From positions 1-64,000 of the IMG/VR virus record IMGVR_UViG_3300050120_000255: DNA of 64,000 nt; one strand, written 5' to 3'. The first letter of the stretch is position 1. Each line of letters begins with the position of its first letter. The stretch is from a virus. Shown here one piece after another: positions 1 through 9,290 of this stretch. The notes under the pieces were generated by a model. That model saw only the letters and a list, made by a program, of their open reading frames with translations, was not told the DNA's origin and made no database searches. Made by a program: the position numbers and the translations under genes.

Positions 1-132
1 CATTTGGGTAGCGCGCCGCCTCGTCAATCTGGCGACGTGGATCGCTGATGGCGTGGAGAGATCAAGAGTCGGTAAACTGAGCCGACGATAAAAGGAGCCA
101 GACCCATGTGCCTGGCTCCGAAGAGAGAGAGG

Positions 133-414
133 TTATTTCGACTGCTCTATCATGTTCTCTGGCGTGACAGCTTGTGGATGAATGCAAGAACTCGGCGCTT
201 TTTGGCAATCCACCTTCATTGTCGGTGCAGCTGATGGCCCGGCGCTTCCGGCATCCGGTAAAACGGCGCTGTCTTCGACATCTGGCTTCTTTGAGTTTCC
301 GCTCGGATCATTCGCGGTCTGGGCGATCGCCCCACCGCCAAGGAAAACGCACAAAGCGGCCGCAGCTATCAGAACGGCAAGAGCAACAGCAGTTAACCAC
401 GCACTCCCGGACAT
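133..414 (-). CDS. small secreted/exported hypothetical protein
   Basis: N-terminal hydrophobic signal-like stretch ending AIA-Q; terminator-like hairpin GGAGCCAG/CTGGCTCC at ~94-119 downstream. Confidence 0.55.
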   Translation of the reverse strand: MSGSAWLTAVALAVLIAAAALCVFLGGGAIAQTANDPSGNSKKPDVEDSAVLPDAGSAGPSAAPTMKVDCQKAPSSCIHPQAVTPENMIEQSK

Positions 415-1000
415 AGTTACCCCCAAAACGCTAAGTTACTGCCGAAAAACTTTTAGAGTAGAGCTAAGTTCCCGCAGCCGAAGCAAATCTTCAGGAGCGG
501 CTTTACCCCAAGCAAGGTAGCTTCCGTCTGCAGGAACCCTGGAGAAGCGGCGGCGGCAGCATTACAGCCACCGGAGCACGATCGTTGGACCTTGGGTAAA
601 ACAGGAGGCCCCCAAGGGGATGGCGAAACGGTCCAGCTCCTGCGCAGGCTCAAGTCCCCGCGTTTGGGCCGGGCTTAAGTAAGGTGAAGAACCGGCCATA
701 AGAGCTAACGCACGATTTTGCGCCGTTAGCATGGCAAGTGGCTCGCGCTATATCATGGACGGGGCCGTTCAGCAGGCTATGCGGCAGTGGTTGCAGCGAG
801 ACATGCATCGATCCGCACTATACCCCGAGCGTCGATAACGCGGAAAGCGTAAGGGCATCCCCATTCAAATGTTTGGACGGAACCTAGGGAGGTCGCCGCG
901 ACAGTCTGGAAAGGCAATCAATCGTTACCCGGAGCGTTACCCTACAGAAATCTGGCCTATCTTTCGCGGTCAGGTTTACGATCTAACTCATTGAAATCAT

Positions 1001-1022
1001 TGGTGCGCAAGAGGGATTCGAA
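1001..1022 (-). repeat. att site (degenerate tRNA-Thr 3' end), left boundary of island
   Basis: TGGTG-CGCAAGAGGGATTCGAA matches 10666-10688 TGGTGCCGCAAGAGGGATTCGAA with a 1-bp deletion. Confidence 0.85.
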
Positions 1023-1074
1023 TTGTTAGCCTAAGCTATTGATATTAAACGAAATATTTCTTATGTAGAATATT

Positions 1075-1095
1075 TATACCAACTAATATACCAAC
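1075..1095 (+). promoter_or_regulatory. integrase arm-type binding repeats (TATACCAAC x2, 12-bp period)
   Basis: same core as TGTACCAAC x2 (10532-10552) and inverted TGTTGGTATC x2 (10502-10526) beside the integrase. Confidence 0.7.
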
Positions 1096-1611
1096 GGATT
1101 CGCGCACTAGGCGCGGTCTCAACTGCCTCGAGTCATCGTCGCCCCTTTGAAAGCGACGGAGCGCGGACGCCATTGGGGCGTTTCCGGCGCATGCCGAAAA
1201 CGACGCCGTCCCCAGCCCTACCATCGCACGGATTATTGGAGCAGATCGGTTCCGACGAGAGGTCGTTCCAATAGGAGCCTGAGAACTATTCCTTGCGGCT
1301 GATCAATTGTCATATGCACGACGTTTTCGAACATATCATGAACATTTGCCACAAACGGGGTAGCTCTTTCAAAAAGGCCAGGATTTGAGCATAACGATTG
1401 AAGACGTACCACAACGGTGCGCCGCGCGCCCCCCGTTTGGGGGTCGACGAGACAAAAAGAGTCGCACAACCCCTGGCAGGGCACATGCGACTCTGTGGGT
1501 TTGACCCCGCGCTCGGATAGGAGCGGGACAATCCTACCCAGCGCCGCAGTCGCAGTCAAAGACTGTTTGCGTGGCTGGCTCGTCCAATATTATGGCGAGA
1601 AAGGTTGGTCC

Positions 1612-1851
1612 ATGGCTCGATCGAGCGATGGCGTCGGCATACGGCTGCACGCAGATAATCATATTCCCCAAACAGGATTTCTCCGTCTCTCTTCCATCCT
1701 CGGACCACACGGACCTATCCCGGTGGGTCGGTCGACCTGGTGGGCTGGCGTCAAAACGGGGCGGTTTCCGAAGCCCGTCAAACTTGGTCCACGAACGACG
1801 GTCTGGCGGATCGAAGACATCCGCGCGCTCATCGCCTGCCTGGGGCAATGA
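1612..1851 (+). CDS. alpA: AlpA-family transcriptional regulator/excisionase
   Basis: FLRL..I...IPVGRSTWWAGVKTGRFPKPVKLGPRTTVWRIEDI signature. Confidence 0.9.
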   Translation: MARSSDGVGIRLHADNHIPQTGFLRLSSILGPHGPIPVGRSTWWAGVKTGRFPKPVKLGPRTTVWRIEDIRALIACLGQ

Positions 1852-1854
1852 GCG

Positions 1855-2334
1855 ATGGCCAACCGACGCCACAGCGCTCGACGGATCAGACGACTCAGGA
1901 CTTATAATGTTCAGCAGGCGGCGACGGCCATCGGCGCAGCGCCGGGGACCGTGCGTCATTGGCATAAACACGGGTTGGAAGCCGTGGCCGGTCACTGGCC
2001 GCTTATCTTCCGCGGCTTGGACATTATCGCCTTTTTTAACAAGCGAAGCAGTGCGCGAAAGCAGCGATGCGGCCCGGGACGAATCTATTGCTTGCACTGT
2101 AGGGGTCCCAAGGCGCCCGCACTTGGGATGGTGGACTACCGGCCGGATACGCCGAAGCGCGGCATGCTCACAGGGCTCTGCCCGGACTGTGGCGGTCTCA
2201 TTTATCGGTGTACATCCCCCTCCAATCTGAAGGATGCAGCAGGCGATCTGGAGATTTCAATAAGGAGAGCGGAGTCACGCCTAGGCGAGACGCATGAACC
2301 CTACTCAAATCATAACTCCGGCCGGGAGGCTTGA
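1855..2334 (+). CDS. HTH DNA-binding protein with CxxC/CxxC Zn ribbon
   Basis: TYNVQQAATAIGAAPGTVRHW MerR/Xis-like HTH; CLHC and CPDC. Confidence 0.75.
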   Translation: MANRRHSARRIRRLRTYNVQQAATAIGAAPGTVRHWHKHGLEAVAGHWPLIFRGLDIIAFFNKRSSARKQRCGPGRIYCLHCRGPKAPALGMVDYRPDTPKRGMLTGLCPDCGGLIYRCTSPSNLKDAAGDLEISIRRAESRLGETHEPYSNHNSGREA

Positions 2335-2338
2335 ACCC

Positions 2339-3445
2339 ATGTCGAAATACTGCCCCGAAAACGTGAAAATGAAGCGCGCCTATGCTTTCTTTCTGGAGAC
2401 GGCCGACGGCAAGCAGGCCGTCACCGTAGACGCGGCATTGAAAGCCATTGAGCGCTTCGAAGCATCGACAAATCAGAAGCCGTTTCGCAAATTCCACATT
2501 GAACAAGTCCGCGCCTTCCGGAGCCGGCTCGTTGAAGAGACCGGTCGCAGCGGCAAGGGCTTGAGCGCCGCGACGATCACCTCCACACTCAAGCATCTCC
2601 GACATTTCTTTCTGTGGTTGTCACGGGAACCCGGCTTTCGCTCCGCCCTCAACTCCAATGATGCGAATTATTTCACGCCATCGGAGCAGGACCGGCGCAT
2701 TGCCGGCGCGCGGCGGGAACGGCCGGTGCCGACGCTGGACGAAATCAACGCGACGCTGGCGGCCATGCGTTTTGATACGCAAGTTGAGAAACGCGACCGG
2801 GCCGCGATCGCCTTCGCCATCGTCTCCGGCGCGCGCATCGCCGCCATCGCGAGTTTCCGGCTGAAGCATGTGAATCTCGAAGCGCGAACCATTTTTCACG
2901 ACGCTCGCAACGTGCAGACCAAAGGACGCAAGACGTTCACCTCTACTTTCTTTCCAGTCGGATCGGCGGTCGCGATCGTCGAAGACTATGTGCGCATGCT
3001 GAAGGAAGAACTCGGCTTCGGGCCGGATGATCCGCTTTTCCCGTCTACCCGCATGGGTCATGATGCGGACCGAAGCTTTGAGGTGCAAGGTCTGTCGCGC
3101 GAACCCTGGAGCGGCGGGGAGCCTATTCGGCGCATCTTTCGCACGGCCTTCACGGCAGCCAGCTTGTCCTACGCCAACCCACATTCGTTTCGGACGACAT
3201 TGACGCGCCTCGGCGAACGCCTTTGCCGCACGCCGGAGGAATGGAAAGCATGGAGCCAAAATCTAGGCCATGAAAGCGAGACGACGACCTTCGTCGGCTA
3301 TGGCCATGTGCCCACGCACCGACAGACGGAGATAATGCATACGATGTCGAAACCACGATCAATAATCTTGACGGATGGCCTCAACATAGCCGCGCTCGAA
3401 GCCTTCGTCGAAAGCGCGAAATCCAGTAGCACCGTTTATGGATAG
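2339..3445 (+). CDS. tyrosine recombinase (XerC/D-like)
   Basis: SGARIAAI (R), TKGRK (K), HSFR, LGH, VGY catalytic set intact. Confidence 0.9.
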   Translation: MSKYCPENVKMKRAYAFFLETADGKQAVTVDAALKAIERFEASTNQKPFRKFHIEQVRAFRSRLVEETGRSGKGLSAATITSTLKHLRHFFLWLSREPGFRSALNSNDANYFTPSEQDRRIAGARRERPVPTLDEINATLAAMRFDTQVEKRDRAAIAFAIVSGARIAAIASFRLKHVNLEARTIFHDARNVQTKGRKTFTSTFFPVGSAVAIVEDYVRMLKEELGFGPDDPLFPSTRMGHDADRSFEVQGLSREPWSGGEPIRRIFRTAFTAASLSYANPHSFRTTLTRLGERLCRTPEEWKAWSQNLGHESETTTFVGYGHVPTHRQTEIMHTMSKPRSIILTDGLNIAALEAFVESAKSSSTVYG

Positions 3446-3473
3446 GGGGTAGTGTCTCAGTTTGAAATTCGCC

Positions 3474-4259
3474 TTAACCTTTCGCCAGCGCAGATGCGCG
3501 CGGTTCGATATCATCCCAAAGCGAATTGATTTGACGACAGGCGGCACCGATTCTTCGAACGCGAGCCGAGTGGTCAGAGGTTGAAAAGCCAATACGTTCG
3601 CCGAGGCGAATATCGGCAATAATTGACGTTTCTCGATCCAAGCCGCCAAGGTCAGCGAACATCATATCGGCCATGGCGAGCATGTAACGCGCCATTTCGC
3701 GGCGATGTTCTCCGCGCTGGCGTTTCGTTTCTTCAAGCCTGCAGGCGGCGGGGTCTGGGGCTTTCTGAGGTCGGAAAAATATGACGCCGGTTTGTTCGGC
3801 GTCTGCTACGAGCCTTTTAATGAGTAGGTCAGGTTGGATCGATACGAGAACGCCATTGATGTTCATGGGCGCGTAGCGGGCCGTGCTCTCAATAGACGCG
3901 GCGCGAATGCCAAAAGCGTTCTCGGAACTTTCAAAAAGATGGATCGTTTCGATGCAGCGCCTTGATTCTTCTCTTTGTTTGGGCCTAATGGTTTTATCCA
4001 AAGAACGCTGATTTAACGCTTCCTTAACCTCATCTAAAATAGCCTTCGATCGGCGGGGATCTGCGCAATAGGCGCGTATCGCGTTCAGTGCCACCGCGTG
4101 TGGAGAGACAACGAACGAACTGGCAAAACGAGAGTCATGCAATAACCGTTCTTGCTGGTCGGGTGTCATAATTAGATATTCCGCCAGTGTAGCGGCGGAA
4201 ACTCGTGGACGATGGTGCTCACGAATCGAGGGATGCAACTTGGTGATGACCTTAGACAT
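3474..4259 (-). CDS. hypothetical protein, possible degenerate PD-(D/E)xK fold
   Basis: 261-aa ORF with AAAGG RBS; VSIQPDLLI segment. Confidence 0.65.
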   Translation of the reverse strand: MSKVITKLHPSIREHHRPRVSAATLAEYLIMTPDQQERLLHDSRFASSFVVSPHAVALNAIRAYCADPRRSKAILDEVKEALNQRSLDKTIRPKQREESRRCIETIHLFESSENAFGIRAASIESTARYAPMNINGVLVSIQPDLLIKRLVADAEQTGVIFFRPQKAPDPAACRLEETKRQRGEHRREMARYMLAMADMMFADLGGLDRETSIIADIRLGERIGFSTSDHSARVRRIGAACRQINSLWDDIEPRASALAKG

Positions 4260-4497
4260 CGATAATGACCTTTCAGTAAAACTTGATTCTTCAAGAACCC
4301 TTTGGCTGACGGAAATATCGCGCCAAACTTTTACGGATCAAGGGCTTGAGTCTCTTGAAAGCGACGATGGCCTATTCATTGTATTAGAAGATACCATGAA
4401 TAGTTCGTTTGATATACTTGCAAAGGCCGCCTCCCCCGCCTGCGGCATAGAATTGTTAAATCTTTTTGCATTTCGGACCCGGCCGAGGGCTGTTTAA
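4240..4497 (+). CDS. small acidic hypothetical protein
   Basis: 85-aa ORF with GAGGG RBS filling the gap; overlaps the start of 3474-4259 head-to-head. Confidence 0.4.
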   Translation: MVMTLDIDNDLSVKLDSSRTLWLTEISRQTFTDQGLESLESDDGLFIVLEDTMNSSFDILAKAASPACGIELLNLFAFRTRPRAV

Positions 4498-4523
4498 GGC
4501 GCACGTTTCTTATAAGTGCCGCG

Positions 4524-6992
4524 CTATTCCACATCTTGGCCTTGTACTGATGATGCGTCGACGATCTTCGGAAGATTCTCTGCTAGAGCCAGAACCGTCG
4601 CAGCGGCACCTCTTGCCGCCATTCGTCTGAAATCATCAATATATTCCGCAAGGCCCACCGCCTCTTCCCCTTTGCCCTTTTGAAGGCTTCGAAAGGCATG
4701 TTCGTATCCGAGAAGAAGTATCCTCATTCCCAGGATGTACTTCTCTGTCACGACCGCGCGAGCGACGTCGCTCCGTTGTTCCCGTCGATATTTCTGATGA
4801 TAGGCGTTATCGTAGTTGATTTTGTACACTACCTCGTCACCTAACTCTGCGATGTTGCCGCCGTCCGTCTCGGTGAAATCGTCGGGCCATTTTTCGACCG
4901 AATATCCTTTTATTTCCCCCCCATCTTTTGTCAGCAGAATACAGCGGGGTAAGCCGTGAGTCGGTGCGGCGTCCCCGCCACCTTTCTGCTCCTTGCCTTC
5001 GCCCCCCTTTGGCGATTGAGGAGGATTGGCCGGTCTCCGTGGGTTGTCATCCGCTTGAGCGTCGACAATTCGAAGTGTGACCTCTTCGCTTGCGACCGCC
5101 GCGGGCATGGCGTCGTCCTGCAATCCGATCTGTAAATTGAAGGAAGCGCCCACGTTAATACTCTCGCCTGTCGGCGCGAAATACATCGTCAATCGACCGT
5201 CTTTAAGATGTTCGCGAACGGTGAAACTGCGTCGAATCTTGTCGTCTAGAATGATGCGACCTGGATTATCCGTGCGCTGCAGATATCCGTTTTCTGCATC
5301 CGTCCGCGCCGCAAGTGGCCTGCTCCGATTTACCGGAATCTCAAGTCCCTTCTTTTCGAACCGTTCCTCAAACCGGACGTAGGTAGGACTGTACACGCCC
5401 TCGAACTCAGCGCTTCCGGCTTCTTTGCCGCCATTGCTTCCGCCGGCGGAAGGAAGCCGAATCGTAGGGTCGCGGCTCGACAACAAGCCGGCTAAGTTGG
5501 GGTCCTTGTCGACGAGCTTTTGAAACAGGCTATTGCTCTCAGCCTTCGATGAGTTCTCCAGCTCCTCCGCAGCAACTTTTGCCTGAAGCTGCTTGAGCGC
5601 CTCCGACTCACGAATGGTTTGCGTGACCAGGTCGCGATAGCGCTCGCCATCCAAAGTGTTGCTGATATGCTCGCGGTCGCCCTTCCAGACCTCATTGTGG
5701 CCGGAGAATGAAAGCCCGCTGGCATCGACGATGATGACGACTCGATCTTTCAGAGCGGGGAAGCCGCAACTTTGAGAAAGATATCCTCGAGTTTGTTTGA
5801 ATTGGACCTGGCCGTTAACAGCATGGAACACTCGGTTGATCGAGTTTTGCGGTTTAAGCCAGCCTGGTATGTTACGCTTTAGAGGAATGGCGCTGATTGA
5901 GACTTCTCCGAGAATTGGATCAGTAAATTTTCCCACGAAAAGACGATCCTCGCCGGCCGCGTCCTCTTCATCCTCAATGCCGGCCTCCATGTGTGAGTTT
6001 AGGAGCAAAAATTCCATTCCAAAAAATCGGCGTGCGTCGACTCCCAATGCTCTGTCGGGGCCCTTCTTTTCGTCCGGTTTCTGTCGGAGGTCGAGAATGC
6101 GGAAGGGCAAGATGGTCTCGACGAGGTTTTCAATGAGCGCGTCACGAGATCCCTTAAAGCTCAGAAAGCGCGAACCGACTTGATAGTCGTAAAGTTTCAC
6201 GATGCTCCCTGTTTCGAGGTGAACGCGATCGTAACGCCTCCGCGAACCCGTTTGGAAAGGGAAGAGTTCGGCGGCCTGAAATCGCGAAATCTTTCCGCCG
6301 GGCATGACGAAAAACTCGGCGATCGGCATTTGATTTCGATCCCCAGGGCGCCGGCGCATTAGCGTCCACCCCCAGTCTTTTCCGTCATAGCGCCGGGACA
6401 CGATCAACTTAAACCAATGGCGGCCGCAATACCGCAGCACGCCCGACGAGCCCATGTTGAATTTGCCTTGTACGAAACCGATGCTTTTCTTGTGGCCCGC
6501 GCTTAGGGAAAGAAAGGTACGTTCAAAGTCGTCCGGATTCTGCCCCTCGCCGTTATCGGCAAACGTATAGCAAGGCAGACCTTCGGACTTCGACTTTGCG
6601 CCCGAAACCCCGATGACCAAATTTTTCTGGGCGAAATTTATCAACCATGGATCTTTCGGGTCCAAGTTGACGAGTTTCCCGCCCCGCATCTTTTTAATTA
6701 GGACATCGACTGCGTCGTACATGGTACGAGGAGCTTTTGGACCTTTAGGATCGATGCCTTTCTGATAGGCGTGCTTCAGCAGGACGGCGTCTACCATGTT
6801 GGTCATGAGCTCGGTCAGGGCCTTGCCGCCGTCCGAGGCTTGGTTGCCGGTGACATTAAAATTGGTCTCTCGACCGTCCAACGGCTTCCAGTTCTTCGCT
6901 TCCTTCATCTCGGGAATGGACCCAATGATCTCCTCGACGACTTTCTCAGACTCCGCCGAGAGAAGTTTTAGGCAAATTTCTTTTTGATCCAT
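4524..6992 (-). CDS. GHKL (MORC/MutL-like) ATPase, RM-associated
   Basis: motif I ELMTNMVDA, motif II DNGEG, motif III QGKFNMG, motif IV TGSIV; 822 aa. Confidence 0.8.
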   Translation of the reverse strand: MDQKEICLKLLSAESEKVVEEIIGSIPEMKEAKNWKPLDGRETNFNVTGNQASDGGKALTELMTNMVDAVLLKHAYQKGIDPKGPKAPRTMYDAVDVLIKKMRGGKLVNLDPKDPWLINFAQKNLVIGVSGAKSKSEGLPCYTFADNGEGQNPDDFERTFLSLSAGHKKSIGFVQGKFNMGSSGVLRYCGRHWFKLIVSRRYDGKDWGWTLMRRRPGDRNQMPIAEFFVMPGGKISRFQAAELFPFQTGSRRRYDRVHLETGSIVKLYDYQVGSRFLSFKGSRDALIENLVETILPFRILDLRQKPDEKKGPDRALGVDARRFFGMEFLLLNSHMEAGIEDEEDAAGEDRLFVGKFTDPILGEVSISAIPLKRNIPGWLKPQNSINRVFHAVNGQVQFKQTRGYLSQSCGFPALKDRVVIIVDASGLSFSGHNEVWKGDREHISNTLDGERYRDLVTQTIRESEALKQLQAKVAAEELENSSKAESNSLFQKLVDKDPNLAGLLSSRDPTIRLPSAGGSNGGKEAGSAEFEGVYSPTYVRFEERFEKKGLEIPVNRSRPLAARTDAENGYLQRTDNPGRIILDDKIRRSFTVREHLKDGRLTMYFAPTGESINVGASFNLQIGLQDDAMPAAVASEEVTLRIVDAQADDNPRRPANPPQSPKGGEGKEQKGGGDAAPTHGLPRCILLTKDGGEIKGYSVEKWPDDFTETDGGNIAELGDEVVYKINYDNAYHQKYRREQRSDVARAVVTEKYILGMRILLLGYEHAFRSLQKGKGEEAVGLAEYIDDFRRMAARGAAATVLALAENLPKIVDASSVQGQDVE

Positions 6993-7005
6993 GAGTTTTG
7001 TTGTC

Positions 7006-7233
7006 CTATTCGAGAGTAAATTTTGTCAAACCGCTTCTCTTTTTGGAGTCGAAGCGCTTCCGACAGAGCGCTAGCTCGTCGTTCAGCGCCTTAAAAATTC
7101 TCGTAATGTCATCGTCTGTGTAGTCATAATTCGATTTATTTGACAAATTTCCAATGAGTTGGATGTCCTTCAAAGCTCGCGTGACACGAGACTGCGCGAG
7201 CTGGACGAACTTTTCGCGGTCGCTATGTCGCAT
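7006..7233 (-). CDS. small conserved helical protein of the type found beside C5 methyltransferases
   Basis: KFVQLAQSRV...IGNLSNKSNYDY...IF signature. Confidence 0.75.
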   Translation of the reverse strand: MRHSDREKFVQLAQSRVTRALKDIQLIGNLSNKSNYDYTDDDITRIFKALNDELALCRKRFDSKKRSGLTKFTLE

Positions 7234-7259
7234 ATATAATGCCCCTATCCAATCCTCGT

Positions 7260-7282
7260 TCGTACATATACAAAATGTACGA
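7260..7282. promoter_or_regulatory. inverted-repeat operator candidate in the divergent control region
   Basis: TCGTACAT-N7-ATGTACGA; also TATATTCAA x2 at 7410-7428. Confidence 0.5.
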
Positions 7283-7440
7283 CAATCTCAAGGGCTGTAT
7301 CTGCTACAGCGCAACAGGATTGTCGGCTGAGTTTTGCGGAATCGGTCCAAGCAATTGATGATAATGAAGAAATTCCCCACTGAGCACTTGCTCCTTATCG
7401 AGTTACAAGTATATTCAACTATATTCAATGGGAGGTGCCC

Positions 7441-7623
7441 GTGAGCCGAGGCCGCACGTTCTCCACCGTCGAGGCGGCGAAGGAAATCGGTATTTCCAGG
7501 CCGACGCTGCTTCGGTGGATTCGGGACAAAAAGATCGCCGACGTGAAGCGGGACAGGAACAAGTGGCGCGTTTTTACAGTGGCAGACGTCGAGCGCATTA
7601 AGAGAGTGGCTGGAAATGAATAG
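7441..7623 (+). CDS. MerR/Xis-like HTH protein (putative controller)
   Basis: FSTVEAAKEIGISRPTLLRW; GGAGG RBS before GTG; overlaps MTase start. Confidence 0.8.
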   Translation: MSRGRTFSTVEAAKEIGISRPTLLRWIRDKKIADVKRDRNKWRVFTVADVERIKRVAGNE

Positions 7624-8848
7624 AGCCGGCAGGGCGAAGCACGCCGAGCCCAAGCGCGCTCCCCGTTTTATCGCTGTCGACTTCTTTTGCGGCGCTGGGG
7701 GGACGACCCGCGGGCTCATCGACGCGGGCGGCTATGTAATTGCCGGCGTTGACAAGGATATTCGCTGCGAGAAGACCTTCGTGGAGAATAATGCAAACGA
7801 GACGCTCGACTGCGCACAACCCCGGTTCTTGAATTACGACATATTTCCGAAGTCGGAAGGCTACCCGGATGGACAGCGTCGTGAGCTAACGCACGCGCTC
7901 GATGAGTTAATTCCACACTACCTAAGGAAGGCGCCGCGCGTTCCCTTACTATTCGCGATTTGCGCTCCCTGCCAACCGTTTACTCGCCTATCGAGGAAAG
8001 AGTTAAGCGAAGAAAGGAAGGAAGGGCGGGAGCGAGACAGCAATCTGTTGCGCAAGGCAGCCTCGTTTGTTCGTCGTTTCGAACCCGAACTTATACTTTC
8101 CGAAAACGTCGCCAGCATTAAGGACCCAAAGTATGGTGGGGTTTGGGACAACTTTAGGAAGACGTTGGAGAAAGCAGGGTATGTGACGGGATCCAAAATT
8201 GTCTGTACATCGCGATTTGGCATCCCCCAATTTCGCAAACGGTCGATCTTGATCGCTGTTCGGCGCGACCTCGTGCGCTTGGAACGCTTCGCAGATCTAT
8301 TAATGGATGAACTTCTTGTGCCTGAGGCGGATCCGAACGCTTCGGTGGTTTCCGTCGCCGATGCAATTGCATACCTGCCTCCTCTTAAGGCGGGAGCAGT
8401 TGATCCTGACATCGCGAATCACAGAACCCGGACGCTAAGCGATTTGAACATCAAGCGAATTGATTGCGCAAAGCCAGGGCAGTCGAATGCCTACATGGAA
8501 GACACCAAGTATGGCGATCTGTCGCTTGATTGCCATCGAAAGGTGAACAAGCGTCTTGGTGATAGATGTTTTAGCGATGTTTATACGCGCATGCACCCGG
8601 ATAGACCTTCGCCTACGATTACGACCAAATGTCACAGCATTTCGAACGGCCGATTTGGTCACTATGACGCCAAGCAAAACAGAGGCATCTCCCTTCGCGA
8701 AGCTGCCATACTTCAATCATTCCCCGACAACTACGTTTTTCATCCGACTGAACAGATCGAGCCGATCGCCCGGATGATCGGCAATGCTGTGCCTCCACGG
8801 CTTGCGCGATATTTCGCGAGTTATCTTGTCAATTCCATTGAGAGTTGA
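7616..8848 (+). CDS. DNA (cytosine-5) methyltransferase
   Basis: DFFCGAGG (I), CAPCQPF (IV), ENV (VI), PQFRKR (VIII), REAAILQSFP (IX), IGNAVPP (X). Confidence 0.95.
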   Translation: MNRAGRAKHAEPKRAPRFIAVDFFCGAGGTTRGLIDAGGYVIAGVDKDIRCEKTFVENNANETLDCAQPRFLNYDIFPKSEGYPDGQRRELTHALDELIPHYLRKAPRVPLLFAICAPCQPFTRLSRKELSEERKEGRERDSNLLRKAASFVRRFEPELILSENVASIKDPKYGGVWDNFRKTLEKAGYVTGSKIVCTSRFGIPQFRKRSILIAVRRDLVRLERFADLLMDELLVPEADPNASVVSVADAIAYLPPLKAGAVDPDIANHRTRTLSDLNIKRIDCAKPGQSNAYMEDTKYGDLSLDCHRKVNKRLGDRCFSDVYTRMHPDRPSPTITTKCHSISNGRFGHYDAKQNRGISLREAAILQSFPDNYVFHPTEQIEPIARMIGNAVPPRLARYFASYLVNSIES

Positions 8849-9275
8849 TTCGTAGGGAATTTCCCGCTGTCCTCAGTAAATCGATGGTTTTCGCCAAATT
8901 CTCTGACAGGCGACATTCCCATATCGTTATCACGTACCAGCCCTGTTCACGGAGGGCTCCGGAGCTTGCATTATCCCGGCGGACGTTGCCGGAGATTTTT
9001 GTCGCCCAAAAGACTTCGTTAGTAGTTGGCAATTTGCCGCGCGGGCAGTCGTGTCCATGCCAAAAACAACCGTGAACGAAGATGGCTGTCTTAAACTTCG
9101 GCAATACGATGTCCGGGCGTCCAGGCAGGTCACGCCGATGAAGGCGAAATCGAAAACCGGCACGATGCAACGCCGACCTCACCGCGAGCTCGGGTTTTGT
9201 ATCGCGCCCTTTGACTTGGCGCATTAGACGACTGCGAACTTCTTTTGTGAGCCGATCTGCCAATTGGGGACCCAT
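8829..9275 (-). CDS. vsr: very short patch repair endonuclease
   Basis: RS..M..VK..DTKPE, LPGRPDIV, FVHGCFWHGH, IWEC. Confidence 0.95.
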   Translation of the reverse strand: MGPQLADRLTKEVRSRLMRQVKGRDTKPELAVRSALHRAGFRFRLHRRDLPGRPDIVLPKFKTAIFVHGCFWHGHDCPRGKLPTTNEVFWATKISGNVRRDNASSGALREQGWYVITIWECRLSENLAKTIDLLRTAGNSLRINSQWN

Positions 9276-9290
9276 ATTTGCTGCATAAGA

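Noticed and set aside
450-720. riboswitch/ncRNA in the left intergenic region
   Set aside because: Some local pairing but no conserved family motif I can support.
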